In this document: one piece after another, positions 48,189-59,699 of the stretch
Layout: every line of letters begins with the position of its first letter
Position numbering within the stretch: position 1 is the first letter of the stretch
NCBI GenBank assembly: GCA_963662545.2
Contig: CAXXLL010000002.1
Coordinates: 2,208,001 to 2,272,000, forward strand
Direction: 5' to 3'
DNA from: Gammaproteobacteria bacterium
GTDB taxonomy: Bacteria; Pseudomonadota; Gammaproteobacteria; Ga0077536
DNA length: 64,000 nt
Translations under genes and position numbers: made by a program
The notes under the pieces: generated by a model
Database searches by the model: none
What the model was told of the DNA's origin: nothing
What the model saw: only the letters and a program-made list of their open reading frames with translations

Positions 48189-49600
48189 GTGTCCGTCCAT
48201 AAACAGGCATTTTCTTCGATGGGCACGGAGAAATCGAGGTGTTGAAAGTAGGTTGTTGGAGCGGTAGCGGCGGTTCGGTGGGGGTCGAAGGGCTCTTCGA
48301 GCGTAATTGTGAGTACGTTCGCCGGCCGCAGAGCGCTGCAACCCAAAGTCGCCCGTTCGACGATATCGAGGAGGTCAGTTAGTGCGAGTGAACGTCGCTA
48401 TTCGAGTTGATAGCGCGCGAGCAGGCTGAGGTTGTAGGCGACCACAGAAGACCACACGTAGGCTTCGAAGTGCGGCAGGCTCTTCCAGGTGCAACGTGCC
48501 AATCCGTATGCACGCTTCAGGCAGGAGATACCGGCCTCGATGCCGGCGCATAGAAGTTGCGCAAGCGTCGATAGACCCACTGACTCTTGACCATGTCGGC
48601 GATCGCGAGCCCGCGCTTCTTGTGGAAGGCAACGTCTTCGATGCCTTCTGCTTTCGCCGCCCGGAGATTGTCGAGGCTCGCATAGCCGCCATCGGCGGCG
48701 ACCTGTCGTGGCATCGTCCCGTAGTGTGTTCGATGCCGTTCGAGCATCGGCATGAAGCGCTGACTATCGACCGGATTGCCTCGCTCGATGACCACGTCGA
48801 GGATGAGGCCACTGCGCCCCGAAGCCAGATTGATTTTGTGTCCGTACTGAACGTCGCGCGCACCCTTTATGATGATGTCGGTATGCGGCTCGAACAAGCT
48901 CACGCACTTCTCGCTCGCGGGGACCTTCTCACCGCCGAACACCCGCCGCTCAGTTTGCGAAATCACCTGCAGAACAAGTGTTTCGTAGTGCGCTACCTGC
49001 GCTAGCCAGTCCGGCAGTTCAACGCCGGTGACGCCCGGGCTCAGCAGCTGCTCACGTACCCTCGCTACCGCTTCCAAGGTTGAACGCGTCGCCCCAATCA
49101 AATCGCGATACGACGTTGGCGTTGCTTCGCACCACGCGCTACCACAGCGCCCGCGCACGCTTCCGCCAATCGAGTGTGGTTCACGAAGCACAACTCCGGC
49201 GCGCAGGCAACTCGCGCGCCTGTGCGAGCAGACGAACCACAACACGCACGCCATCCCACAGCAGATGACTGTCGCTCGGCGCGTGGATGGCACTGTCCGT
49301 TACCGTGCTATCAATCCGTACACGCTATGCCGGCTCAATGCGCGTCTCTGCCGTCGCCAGCAGGGCGCGATGAATAGACTCCCACGTCGATACCTGGATC
49401 GCCGAGACCACCCGCTGTAAGGCAGACTTCTTCGGACGTTCATTACCCGGCAACCGGGCGAAGGCCTGAAAGCTCGCCGAGTCCTGCAGGTGAAAGGCCA
49501 GCTCCTCGTAACTCAATTGCCGGTGCTGCTTGAGTCAGTTCGCGCAGCGCTCACCTAACTCCGCCACAGTCCGCGTCCATCGGTGGGTCAAACCCCGCCG
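48189..49600 (-). mobile_element. Partial, indel-rich ISNCY-like copy (probable assembly artefact)
   Basis: The right end and TAGCTA flank match copy 4. The transposase is broken by many short indels and the left end is missing. Confidence 0.7.
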
Positions 49601-49602
49601 AC

Positions 49603-49860
49603 ATTGTACGCGCGCCGTTATGGTTACGTGGTTCCCGATCGAGCCACCAGGACGGTTCAGTCCGAAGGTACCGCCATCGAATACCAATGAGCCGCGCGTT
49701 TCTCCTACACGGACGCCGATGGAACGAGCGAATTTGACAGGATCAGACTTAATCGCCCATAGATTAGAAATGCTCTGGAGCTTTCGCGACGACGCTCATA
49801 GTAAAAGCTATTTAGGCCATTTCACGTTCGATCAACGATTACTCACTGAAATTCTAGCTA
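49603..49860. repeat. Error-rich duplicate of 47929-48188 (acyltransferase 5' part and upstream spacer)
   Basis: Same sequence at an offset of about 1673 bp, with scattered substitutions and indels. Confidence 0.9.
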
Positions 49861-51557
49861 GTGTCCGTCCATAAACAGGCATTTTCTTCGATGGGCACGG
49901 AGAAATCGAGGTGTTGAAAGTAGGTTGTTGGAGCGGTAGCGGCGGTTCGGTGGGGGTCGAAGGGCTCTTCGAGCGTAATTGTGAGTACGTTCGCCGGCCG
50001 CAGAGCGCTGCAACCCAAAGTCGCCCGTTCGACGATATCGAGGAGGTCAGTTAGTGCGAGTGAACGTCGCTATTCGAGTTGATAGCGCGCGAGCAGGCTG
50101 AGGTTGTAGGCGACCACAGAAGACCACACGTAGGCTTCGAAGTGCGGCAGGCTCTTCCAGGTGCAACGTGCCAATCCGTATGCACGCTTCAGGCAGGAGA
50201 TACCGGCCTCGATGCCGGCGCGGAAGTTGCGCAAGCGTCGATAGACCCACTGACTCTTGACCATGTCGGCGATCGCGAGCCCGCGCTTCTTGTGGAAGGC
50301 AACGTCTTCGATGCCTTCTGCTTTCGCCGCCCGGAGATTGTCGAGGCTCGCATAGCCGCCATCGGCGGCGACCTGTCGTGGCATCGTCCCGTAGTGTGTT
50401 CGATGCCGTTCGAGCATCGGCATGAAGCGCTGACTATCGACCGGATTGCCTCGCTCGATGACCACGTCGAGGATGAGGCCACTGCGCCCCGAAGCCAGAT
50501 TGATTTTGTGTCCGTACTGAACGTCGCGCGCACCCTTTATGATGATGTCGGTATGCGGCTCGAACAAGCTCACGCACTTCTCGCTCGCGGGGACCTTCTC
50601 ACCGCCGAACACCCGCCGCTCAGTTTGCGAAATCACCTGCAGAACAAGTGTTTCGTAGTGCGCTACCTGCGCTAGCCAGTCCGGCAGTTCAACGCCGGTG
50701 ACGCCCGGGCTCAGCAGCTGCTCACGTACCCTCGCTACCGCTTCCAAGGTTGAACGCGTCGCCCCAATCAAATCGCGATACAGACGTTGGCGTTGCTTCG
50801 CACCACGCGCATACCACAGCGCCCGCGCACGCTTCTTCGCCAATCGAGTGTGGTTCACGAAGCACAACTCCGGCGCGCCAGGCAACTCGCGCGCCTGTGC
50901 GAGCAGACGAACCACAACACGCACGCCATCCCACAGCAGATGACTGTCGCTCGGCGCGTGGATGGCACTGTCCGTTACCGTGCTATCAATCCGTACACGC
51001 TGTGCCGGCTCAATGCGCGTCTCTTTCGCCGTCGCCAGCAGGGCGCGATGAATAGACTCCCACGTCGATACCTGGATCGCCGAGACCACCCGCTGTAAGG
51101 CAGACTTCTTCGGACGTTCATTACCCGGCAACCGGGCGAAGGCCTGAAAGCTCGCCGAGTCCTGCAGGTGAAAGGCCAGCTCCTCGTAACTCAATTGCCG
51201 GTGCTGCTTGAGCACCGCGCAGCGCAGCACCGACTCCGCCGACAGTCCGCGTCGACCGGTGGGCTTCAAACCCCGCCGACACAGATCGTTCATGACCGGC
51301 GTGAGGACCTTGGGGTGAGCATCGAGCCACTCGGACATGCCCTGCAGCTCTCGCCCCAGGTCATGGTCAGCAAACAGCTCGTATATACTCGCTTGGGCCG
51401 TGCGTTTCTGACGCATTCCCCCTCCTGTGGTGTCGATGATTGTGTGGAAAATCAGAGGTTTGAAGTTCCATTAGATCACGACCTACCGGAGGTTTCGATC
51501 CCTTAAGCGACAAATTTTCCTTTTTATTTCAACCGCATCGCGTTTAGGGATGCACAC
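49861..51557 (-). mobile_element. ISNCY-like insertion sequence, copy 4 (1697 bp), in the last codons of wzx
   Basis: Both IRs are present, with TAGCTA at 49855-49860 and 51558-51563. Confidence 0.93.
50070..51416 (-). CDS. DDE transposase, ISNCY-like (448 aa)
   Basis: Same protein as the other complete copies. Confidence 0.92.
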   Translation of the reverse strand: MRQKRTAQASIYELFADHDLGRELQGMSEWLDAHPKVLTPVMNDLCRRGLKPTGRRGLSAESVLRCAVLKQHRQLSYEELAFHLQDSASFQAFARLPGNERPKKSALQRVVSAIQVSTWESIHRALLATAKETRIEPAQRVRIDSTVTDSAIHAPSDSHLLWDGVRVVVRLLAQARELPGAPELCFVNHTRLAKKRARALWYARGAKQRQRLYRDLIGATRSTLEAVARVREQLLSPGVTGVELPDWLAQVAHYETLVLQVISQTERRVFGGEKVPASEKCVSLFEPHTDIIIKGARDVQYGHKINLASGRSGLILDVVIERGNPVDSQRFMPMLERHRTHYGTMPRQVAADGGYASLDNLRAAKAEGIEDVAFHKKRGLAIADMVKSQWVYRRLRNFRAGIEAGISCLKRAYGLARCTWKSLPHFEAYVWSSVVAYNLSLLARYQLE

Positions 51558-52767
51558 TAGCTATCTGGATGCCTTGAAGGGTGAATTTCAAGGCTGCACC
51601 CAATAAAACCGAGATAGCCGCGCCACTCATCCCGTATAGAGGAACAAGGACGTAACAACCGGCACCGACAGCCGCCGTAACGGGCACCGAAACTATGGCC
51701 TGAGAAACAAAGCTCCGAGAAGCAGTTACGCCCACGCCGATGATCGCCGCAACATACGTTGCAGCGCCGCCGAGCATCACCCAGATAAATACATCCTCAT
51801 GTCCGGAGTATTCTGAGGTATATAGTAATGAAAGGAGAGTATTCCCCCATCCCATCGCAAGCAATACTCCGAATACGCCTAATAATAATGCAGCCACTAC
51901 GAGCTTTACCATCAGCCGTTTAAACGCGACTATGTCCTCACGAAAATAAACTGCGAGTCGGGGTAGTGCGGTCTGGCCCATAGCGTTAACGACGGTCGCA
52001 CCCGTCATGGCTACATAAGCAATACCGGCATATATCCCGACCATGCTTTCATCAAAATATTTATCGAGCGCGAAGCGCGGTAAGCTCAGTTGCAAGGTGT
52101 TCAGCGCCAAAACGATGCCTATCGGAAACGCGAGAATCATGAGCCGCCGCATCTTATCGGGCGCAAAATTAGGGGCGATAGATTCAGTTTCTCCGCCTGG
52201 TCGAGCGTGTGTCTGACGCACAATAATATTATCGTAACCGAGCACGGGTACAATTCTGGACAATGCGAACGCAACTGATACGAGCACGATATTGGAAAAA
52301 TACTCGGCCGCTATGAGGATAAACAATACCGAAGTCACGCCCTTAATTGTCTGCGAGATCGATATCTCTCTGTACATCTCGCGCCTCTGCATGAATCCCT
52401 GTGCGATATCTCCAAGGGATTCCGCGGCTTTCGCAATAGAGACCCACAGAACCACCGCGCTGGTAGTATCGCTCCACCAGAAAATGGTCATCATGAATAT
52501 CAGGAGCAGTGACACGGCAGACGCTGCGATCCGCAATCCGAGATAGAGCGAAAAAGAGTACTCGGCGTTCACGTCCGTCGCCTGCACCGCTCGCAATCGA
52601 AAGCCTGCGAATGCGAATATTGGCGATGCGACGGCGAGTCCCAATGCGAACTGACCGACGGCCTGCGAGCCAAGCCATTTTGCGATCACGACAAGAACGA
52701 GCCACTGGGTCGCCGCGTAGGTAACATTTCCGCCGAGCATCCATGCGAACCCTCTTCGCAACGACAT
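51544..52767 (-). CDS. wzx: Oligosaccharide flippase (Wzx family), final codons supplied by the IS
   Basis: Multi-TM protein with FAWMLGGNVTYAATQW and LRAVQATD. It now ends ASVHP*, while the reconstructed native end is ARISVSNR*. Confidence 0.88.
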   Translation of the reverse strand: MSLRRGFAWMLGGNVTYAATQWLVLVVIAKWLGSQAVGQFALGLAVASPIFAFAGFRLRAVQATDVNAEYSFSLYLGLRIAASAVSLLLIFMMTIFWWSDTTSAVVLWVSIAKAAESLGDIAQGFMQRREMYREISISQTIKGVTSVLFILIAAEYFSNIVLVSVAFALSRIVPVLGYDNIIVRQTHARPGGETESIAPNFAPDKMRRLMILAFPIGIVLALNTLQLSLPRFALDKYFDESMVGIYAGIAYVAMTGATVVNAMGQTALPRLAVYFREDIVAFKRLMVKLVVAALLLGVFGVLLAMGWGNTLLSLLYTSEYSGHEDVFIWVMLGGAATYVAAIIGVGVTASRSFVSQAIVSVPVTAAVGAGCYVLVPLYGMSGAAISVLLGAALKFTLQGIQIASVHP

Positions 52768-52777
52768 TGCGGTCTAA

Positions 52778-54355
52778 TCAGGGCGAGATGGAGAGTCGCT
52801 TCGGCGCCGGAGGATTGCGGCGCCCAACGATCGGAAAGACCCGAGTGATAATCTCCCAGATCACCAAAATGATAAAAAGAAACCCCAAGGGTTTGACGAA
52901 ATTCGAGAAATCGTTTCGCACCGTGCGAAGGAATGGCCACAAAGCCGCTCCGCAGAACACCAAAAGGAAGGGATGGAGCAACAGATTCATTGAATCGAGG
53001 CGCCCCAACAAGACCCCGACCAAAAGAAAAAAACAGACTACGCCAGCCGTACCAAAATTAATATACGCCTCTCCCACGGACGTAAAACCTACGCCTTCGC
53101 CCCGGCGAAACTTCTGCGGCGCGATCCTGTATGTTAGCCACGAGCCTGGTGGCAAATCGAGGAGCGCTTCGTCTTTAAGGATGGAATCTTGCACGCGCTT
53201 ACGTTTCGACTCGCCGATTTTCGGCAATATGTTGGGAATCGCTTCCGGCAATGTTTTCAGATACGTCATCCCCCAACGATACGGGTCCTCATGGGGAGTC
53301 AGTTTCAGAATATGGGCCAGTACACCCGCAGTACGCCCCTGCTCGAGCGTCTGCCGCGCTTGTGTTTTTTCGAAAGAGCTTACAACCGTCTCCTGGTCAA
53401 TCTCACTGTAGGCGTTGAACGACCGCCACAGGCCCGCGGCGGGGATTGCCAGAACTGTACCAGCGAACACGATCACGGCAATGACCAAGGGCACCCGATT
53501 CCCAGCCTTTATCCACAGCACGATTCCTATGAGGGTTGGGAAAAGAGCAGCCGAACGATAGCCGATCAGGAGGAAAAACGCGGCCGCAAAAAATGCAAAC
53601 ATCACTGCGTAGATTTTCCCTGTGCGTGTTTGCGCACCCAGGCAAAGCAAAATCGCTGCAGACGGCAACGTCATCATGAAAGCGCCCCATCCACGACTGT
53701 CACCAGCACCGCGAAATAATTCCGTGCGCTCATACGCAAATATGTTTCCATACGATGCAATTGCAAGCACGAAAAAGAGCACAGCAGCACACAGCAGTCC
53801 GATACCAGCCCAAGCTGCTGTTCGCTTCGTCTCTTGCGAGACGGCCGCGAAGGTATCTTTCGAAACGTCTTCAAGGAGATTCTTTCGACAGCCAAAAAGA
53901 AAGCCGATTCCGATACAACCAAGGGCGAGGACGGTGTACCAGCCGGCGAGGCTCAACCACGGTGCGAGACGTGTAACACCCCACGTGATATCTGGAAAGA
54001 TCTTAAAACCGTCGGGCAAGGTTATACCCAGATGAAACAGTGAAAACGCGATGACATAAGTACTTGTCAACAGGTACACCGAGCCCGAAATGAGGAACGA
54101 CGAGAGAAAATAAATCACGAGCCAGACTGAACTCGCCACGGCTATCGGAACCGCCCAGTCCGAGCCGACCACGCTATCACCCGCAATCTTCATCAGCGCG
54201 ACAATCACAACGACTGCACTGACGGTCGCCAGCATCGCGCGCCCAATACCAATCGCCATGGTTCGCGAACCGAATGCGGGCGCCGCAGTTCTCTTTCGGA
54301 CTGAAACCCCGGCAGGTGCGAAATCGGCGGCGTCGTTATTCGCTACATCCCGCAT
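52778..54355 (-). CDS. wzy: Polysaccharide polymerase (Wzy-like)
   Basis: About 10-12 TM segments, GYRS, a large periplasmic loop and GFTSVGEAYINFG. Adjacent to wzx. Confidence 0.78.
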   Translation of the reverse strand: MRDVANNDAADFAPAGVSVRKRTAAPAFGSRTMAIGIGRAMLATVSAVVVIVALMKIAGDSVVGSDWAVPIAVASSVWLVIYFLSSFLISGSVYLLTSTYVIAFSLFHLGITLPDGFKIFPDITWGVTRLAPWLSLAGWYTVLALGCIGIGFLFGCRKNLLEDVSKDTFAAVSQETKRTAAWAGIGLLCAAVLFFVLAIASYGNIFAYERTELFRGAGDSRGWGAFMMTLPSAAILLCLGAQTRTGKIYAVMFAFFAAAFFLLIGYRSAALFPTLIGIVLWIKAGNRVPLVIAVIVFAGTVLAIPAAGLWRSFNAYSEIDQETVVSSFEKTQARQTLEQGRTAGVLAHILKLTPHEDPYRWGMTYLKTLPEAIPNILPKIGESKRKRVQDSILKDEALLDLPPGSWLTYRIAPQKFRRGEGVGFTSVGEAYINFGTAGVVCFFLLVGVLLGRLDSMNLLLHPFLLVFCGAALWPFLRTVRNDFSNFVKPLGFLFIILVIWEIITRVFPIVGRRNPPAPKRLSISP

Positions 54356-56574
54356 GACGCAGATTCCGTTGATTCGAATCGAATATCAAGGATTCCAAAT
54401 TCACCCGCTTGCAGCTTTCCATGTGCTATTTGGGCGTCGAATGAAAGGTCTTCGATGCCGAAAGATCCTCCGAGTTCAAGTGGACCAGGGTCACTGCACC
54501 CAATGAACGCATCACCTACAGGATGCCGAAACATCTGTGCGACATCGGTCGTATTGACGAGTACCGTCAGGGCCGTCCCAGAGCGGTATTGTAAATAATG
54601 GCTGGCGAGCACGAAATTTCCGCTTTGTCGCATAGGTGACAGCCAGTAACCGCGAAACTTCGCGCGATATATTTTATTTCGGTCCAAATACTCGAGAAGC
54701 GGGCGCCGCATCTTCAAGGGTGCAGAAGTCCACATTTGAATATCGTGAAGCATCGCTAAGCCAAAATAGCCGTTCAAGCCATGTCGATAATCTCGGGTTT
54801 CAAACCATTCACGCCGGGCCATTTCCCCGCGCATACGCATGTGTTTAGACCACAGCACCGAAAGCCAGTAGGTAGGGATCCCATATTGGCCTGGCGAATA
54901 CGCTGAACGGAGTTCTGCGATGTCTACATTTGTAATGTAATCTGGTTTGTTCATTCGCACGCGGTACTCTTCACCCTGCACCATTCCACTTACCAATGTA
55001 TATGCCGGAATCACGGGTGATGCTGAATTATGGACGAAAATGTAGCCCGGTTTTCCCTTTAAATAAAAAAGTGTCGCAAGACGCTTGAAAAACATTCGCA
55101 TACCGAGGATATCTGTCGCTGAGCGAATCCGATCGTTCGCGTCCGTCCAGGCGTGGTCTGCGTTCACCGAATCGATTACACCGCCTTGATCGAAATATAG
55201 CCCGGTAAATCCAAGTTCGTCGATCAGTTTGTCGAAGCGAGATAAAAGATAATCTGCGTACTCCGGTGAACGGTGCGATAACCAGGGGCGGGACAATTTC
55301 GAAGTAAACGGGCCGTCCGAACTTTCCGGGATTACATAGGGCGGACGCGCAGCCCATTGGTCACCGAATGCAACAAACATGGGATCGATCGCGGACAGTG
55401 CGTGTGCGGAAAAATAAGGCAATCTATGGACACCATTCCGGCGGGCGTCATGGATTATTCGACGACCGGCTGCCGCTCCCTTGTAATGCTCCACGTCATG
55501 CCTGGGCAAGCGACTTTCCGCACCGGCAGGAATGACGGTGTAGGGCAACGTTTGGTGTGCGAATGCATCGATCCACCAGAGTTGAACGCTTCCATAACGA
55601 CCCTCTTCGCGCCCTCCGTTCAATGCAACGCGAGTTCGCCTCCAATCGGCGCCAGTCTTTATGGGCGTCGCCAGAAAATTGATTTTCAGCGTGCGCGTGC
55701 CGGAAATCGTCGACGGGCGCGCTATCAGCACCTGACGGATGACCGCGGTATCCGGCTCGGTGCGCTCGATTGTGAGGGCAGGACTTTCGTCGAACACCCA
55801 GTTTCGCGCGTCATCGGCGAAAAACCAAAATGAATGCTCTCCGGTCGCGATACCGAAAGCGTTCGAAAAGCCCCCCTGATAATCAATGGGAAAAACAAAT
55901 CGTTTCTTGCGTTTGCGAATTGTTTTCGCGTCGAAACGCAAGAGCCGTGCACTTTGCGGCGCGTCTACCACTAAGGTGAGATCCAAATATTCCAGCCGCG
56001 CCTGTGGGCTCGCCTGGAGCTCGATCGAAACCATGGCGACACCGTCGTATTCGACCCTCGTTGAAACCCGAACGGAAACACCTTTGCCGATAACAGAACT
56101 CGCGACTACGTTGGCGTGATGCCCACCGACATTTACTATCTGCGGAGGTGAATCGGCGATTAATTCCTGCAGTTCGCCATCCACTTTGACTCTAAGAAAC
56201 ATACCTTGCGCGACGGAATTACCCGCGTGTCGTATCCTGGCGGGCAATAGTCCGTCCTCGTTCCACTCATAGCTGCGGACACCGTCGAGCACGATCGAGA
56301 GACCATCGGTTCTTATTGGGTCGAATTGCGGAAGTACTATTTCATCACGGCCGATAGCGTTATTTTTCCATACGACCGGAGGTTCTGGCGAGGCAGCGTG
56401 CAGCGCCGTGGATAGAAGCGCGACAATCAATGGCAGTGGGTAAAACAACCGATAGCTGAGGTGGACGGGAAACCGGAGCCCACTTAATACCGACACCATA
56501 ATCGCTGATATGCAGACCGGCCGTCGATCGGACCGATCCCGAGAGATTGTGCGAGCGCGCTTCACAATATCCAA
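54343..56574 (-). CDS. Large exported protein, putative glycoside-hydrolase-like
   Basis: Signal-like segment LIVALLSTALHAA, a beta-rich N-domain, then a barrel-like region (LPYFS, GFTGLYFDQ, GEEY). The start is uncertain. Confidence 0.55.
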   Translation of the reverse strand: MDIVKRARTISRDRSDRRPVCISAIMVSVLSGLRFPVHLSYRLFYPLPLIVALLSTALHAASPEPPVVWKNNAIGRDEIVLPQFDPIRTDGLSIVLDGVRSYEWNEDGLLPARIRHAGNSVAQGMFLRVKVDGELQELIADSPPQIVNVGGHHANVVASSVIGKGVSVRVSTRVEYDGVAMVSIELQASPQARLEYLDLTLVVDAPQSARLLRFDAKTIRKRKKRFVFPIDYQGGFSNAFGIATGEHSFWFFADDARNWVFDESPALTIERTEPDTAVIRQVLIARPSTISGTRTLKINFLATPIKTGADWRRTRVALNGGREEGRYGSVQLWWIDAFAHQTLPYTVIPAGAESRLPRHDVEHYKGAAAGRRIIHDARRNGVHRLPYFSAHALSAIDPMFVAFGDQWAARPPYVIPESSDGPFTSKLSRPWLSHRSPEYADYLLSRFDKLIDELGFTGLYFDQGGVIDSVNADHAWTDANDRIRSATDILGMRMFFKRLATLFYLKGKPGYIFVHNSASPVIPAYTLVSGMVQGEEYRVRMNKPDYITNVDIAELRSAYSPGQYGIPTYWLSVLWSKHMRMRGEMARREWFETRDYRHGLNGYFGLAMLHDIQMWTSAPLKMRRPLLEYLDRNKIYRAKFRGYWLSPMRQSGNFVLASHYLQYRSGTALTVLVNTTDVAQMFRHPVGDAFIGCSDPGPLELGGSFGIEDLSFDAQIAHGKLQAGEFGILDIRFESTESASCGM

Positions 56575-57728
56575 TCCAGATGCGCATCGAATATCGCGAT
56601 AATGGGCCGGACGTTCGGCGTAGCAATGTGGGGCACCTTGTCTACTCGAATAGTTAAGTGCTACCGGAATCTATCCAAAGCTCAGAACTCGTACCTTTTT
56701 GCGAGCACGTTCAGTATCCTCAGAGAGGCGTGACCGTCCCAAAATTCCGGTACCCGTTTGTTGTCAGAGTTCATCGGAGTTACAAGTACGCGCCGCGCTT
56801 CGGCGACAATACGCTCCGGATTGGATCCAACAAGAGTATTCGTGCCCTCCTCTATCGTGATCGGCCGCTCGGTGTTCTCCCTAATTGTCAGACACGGGAT
56901 TCCAAGGGCCGTCGATTCTTCCTGCAACCCACCACTGTCCGTCAGTACTAGTAGGGAATCACGCCATAGTGACAAAAACTCCCGGTAACCCAGCGGCTCC
57001 GTCGCGATTATCTGATCTGCGAACCGAATGCCATAAGTATCGAGCATCTTGCGCGTTCGCGGATGGACCGCGAATACTAGATCAAGCGACTGTGAGATAT
57101 CATTCAGTGCATCAACGATGCCACGAAGTACAGCTTCATCGTCGACATTAGATGGTCGATGCAGCGTAACGACGCCATACCGCGATGTTTTCTTCCGAAT
57201 CTGTTGCACGACTGAACTGCAGTGCGGTACATCATCCAGTTTGCTCAACTCATGGTAGAGGTTATCTATCATTACGTGTCCAACAAAAAACACGCTGTCC
57301 TTGCCATGCCCTTCGCGCATCAGGTTCTCACGCCCACTACGCTCGGTCACGAACAATAGATCCGAAATTGAATCCGTGACGATTCGATTTATTTCCTCTG
57401 GCATCTCACGATCACCGCTTCTCAGGCCGGCTTCAATATGAGCGACGTCGAGTTTGAGCTTCTTCGCAACAATGGAACACGCAAGTGTCGAATTGACATC
57501 CCCGAAGACCACCACACACGCGGGTTTTTCAGCATTACATATGGGCTCAAAGGCCGTCATAACCTTCGCGGTTTGCTCGCTGTGCGAGCCACTTCCCACA
57601 TTAAGGTGGTAGTGCGGTTGTGGGATCTCGAGATCGCTGAAGAAGACCTCGCTCATATCTTCATCGTAATGTTGCCCCGTGTGAACAAGTACAAAATCGA
57701 ACTCCAAAGGGCGTTGTTGGGTAACCGG

Positions 57729-59312
57729 TCAAACGGCGGCGTCTGGTAATTGATCTCGTGTTGCGGTAACGACGGCCAAGTTAGAACGCAGCGGTTGGGT
57801 AGCGAACAATGTCTTCCACACCCGAGGCGTGAGTTGTTCCACTGCGCTATCCGGATGGATCGCGATCCTCTGGAGTACATCAACCAGGTAGGTGTACGGA
57901 TTAATGCCGTGTATTCGGCAAGTACAGATCAAACTTTGTATGATCCCAACGTGTTCAGCGCCCACCTCAGTCCAACAGAACATCCAATTCTTTCGGCCCA
58001 TCGGAATGGGTCTCAGAGCGCGCTCTAAATGATTCGTGTCGATCGCGACGCTCGCATCCGATAAGTAAACACGTAACGCGCCCTCACGCTCGGCTGCATA
58101 GGCCAGCGCCTTCGTAAACGGCTGACTCGGTAATAAACCCATGCACTGGCGTTGCTCGTCAAGCCAGGCAAAAAATGCATCAACCGCAGGCAAGGCGTAC
58201 CGGCTGCGGTAGGTCTGGGTCGCCGCTTCATCCATTGCCTGGTCACGGATGGTGGCCTCAACGGCATACAGTGCCGCGATCAAATCAAGTGCCTGCGCCG
58301 CACTTTGTGGCCTATCGGATAATGCCCTTTCGAACTGACGACGCGTGTGCGCCCAGCATTGCGCATGCACGACTTCATCGCCGCGATCGGCGGCAAAACG
58401 CGCATAAGCCGCGGCGCCATCGGTTAGTAAGGTGCCTTTAAAGTCCACCAACGTTTTGTCGATGTGCGACCGCGCCTTGGTTCGCGCAAACGTGAACGCA
58501 ATCTCATCCGCTTCGCCATAAATTGGCCAATACCACGCCGCGTTCATCTTGCCCTTGCCCGAGCGACCCGCCTTAATCGGCGTTTCATCCATCGCCAGCG
58601 TCTTCGATAACAAGATATGCCGCAACTGCGCCAGATAAATCGGCTTCAACAGGTCACTTGCCTTCTGCACCCAGTGCGTCAGACTCGACCGCGCCACGGT
58701 AATGCCGTTCAGCCCCATTCGTTGATGTTGACGGTACAGCGGCAGGTGATAAGCGAACTTATCAACCAGCATCCCCGCAACCACACTCACATCCGCCAAT
58801 GAGCCGGACCACAGACCATCGGGCGCCGGGATCGTGAAGATCTGACCGTCGCTTTTGCGCTTCACTACCGGTTGGATGTACTTCAAGACCACATAGGCCG
58901 CCGGCCGTTGCGCTAAACGATAGGTGATCTTTTCACTGCTCGCTTCAAACGCATCCGCGACATCTTCAGGTACCGACAATTGGATGCATTCAATCGGCAC
59001 CGAGTCATCGAAACGTAACCCTTGATCAGTCACACAATCATCGCCACGGCGCTTTCCTTTGCGCCGCTGATAAGTGATCGTTTCTTTCTCAACCGCCGCC
59101 GTCGATGACGACTCATCCTCGAAGCCATTGAGTAACCGTTGATCGGGATTGGGATCAATCAGCCGCCGTTCAGACTTGCGACCGAACAGTTGGCGTTTGA
59201 ACCAGTCGAGTTGTTGGGTGAGTGTGGCGACCTGCGTTTTGAGGGCTGTGTTTTCCGCTTGTAACACCGCCGCATCAAGTGATATTTCCGGCGTTGCATA
59301 ACCCCCATTCAT
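57729..59312 (-). CDS. tnpC: IS66 transposase TnpC
   Basis: LFGRKSER, KFAYHLPLYRQ, MDETP, TDG, CWAHTRR and DTNHLERALR motifs. Confidence 0.95.
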   Translation of the reverse strand: MNGGYATPEISLDAAVLQAENTALKTQVATLTQQLDWFKRQLFGRKSERRLIDPNPDQRLLNGFEDESSSTAAVEKETITYQRRKGKRRGDDCVTDQGLRFDDSVPIECIQLSVPEDVADAFEASSEKITYRLAQRPAAYVVLKYIQPVVKRKSDGQIFTIPAPDGLWSGSLADVSVVAGMLVDKFAYHLPLYRQHQRMGLNGITVARSSLTHWVQKASDLLKPIYLAQLRHILLSKTLAMDETPIKAGRSGKGKMNAAWYWPIYGEADEIAFTFARTKARSHIDKTLVDFKGTLLTDGAAAYARFAADRGDEVVHAQCWAHTRRQFERALSDRPQSAAQALDLIAALYAVEATIRDQAMDEAATQTYRSRYALPAVDAFFAWLDEQRQCMGLLPSQPFTKALAYAAEREGALRVYLSDASVAIDTNHLERALRPIPMGRKNWMFCWTEVGAEHVGIIQSLICTCRIHGINPYTYLVDVLQRIAIHPDSAVEQLTPRVWKTLFATQPLRSNLAVVTATRDQLPDAAV

Positions 59313-59330
59313 GGGTACGTATTGTACCGT

Positions 59331-59699
59331 TTACACTGCTGACCGTCGATCGTTTTCCGGTAATCGAAACCGTTTTAATCGACGCACTGAGCGTAGATCG
59401 ATCCCTTCAATAATGCACTGCCATTCGCTGCGTTGCAGCCGCTGTTTGACCTCGCTATTCCACCGAACCTGGAACTGACCGCGTTCGAGTTTCTTACTCC
59501 ACAGACAATATCCGTCCGACTCAAAGTACAGCGCTTTTAATAACGTACGCCGGCGATTGACGAAAACGTACAGTGCCCCATCGAGGGGCTCCTCGTGTAA
59601 CGCCTGCCGCACCAACGCCGATAAACCATGGAACGATTGACGCATATCAGTCGGTGCCCGACATAACCATATACGCAAACCCGATGGGGGCGACCACAT
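59331..59699 (-). CDS. tnpB: IS66 accessory protein TnpB
   Basis: PTDMRQSFHGL, YVFVNRRR and KKLERGQF motifs. Confidence 0.94.
   Translation of the reverse strand: MWSPPSGLRIWLCRAPTDMRQSFHGLSALVRQALHEEPLDGALYVFVNRRRTLLKALYFESDGYCLWSKKLERGQFQVRWNSEVKQRLQRSEWQCIIEGIDLRSVRRLKRFRLPENDRRSAV

Noticed and set aside
48189-49600. Genuine ancient degenerate IS copy
   Set aside because: It shares its exact flank with copy 4, and errors rise toward a chimeric junction, which fits an assembly artefact better.
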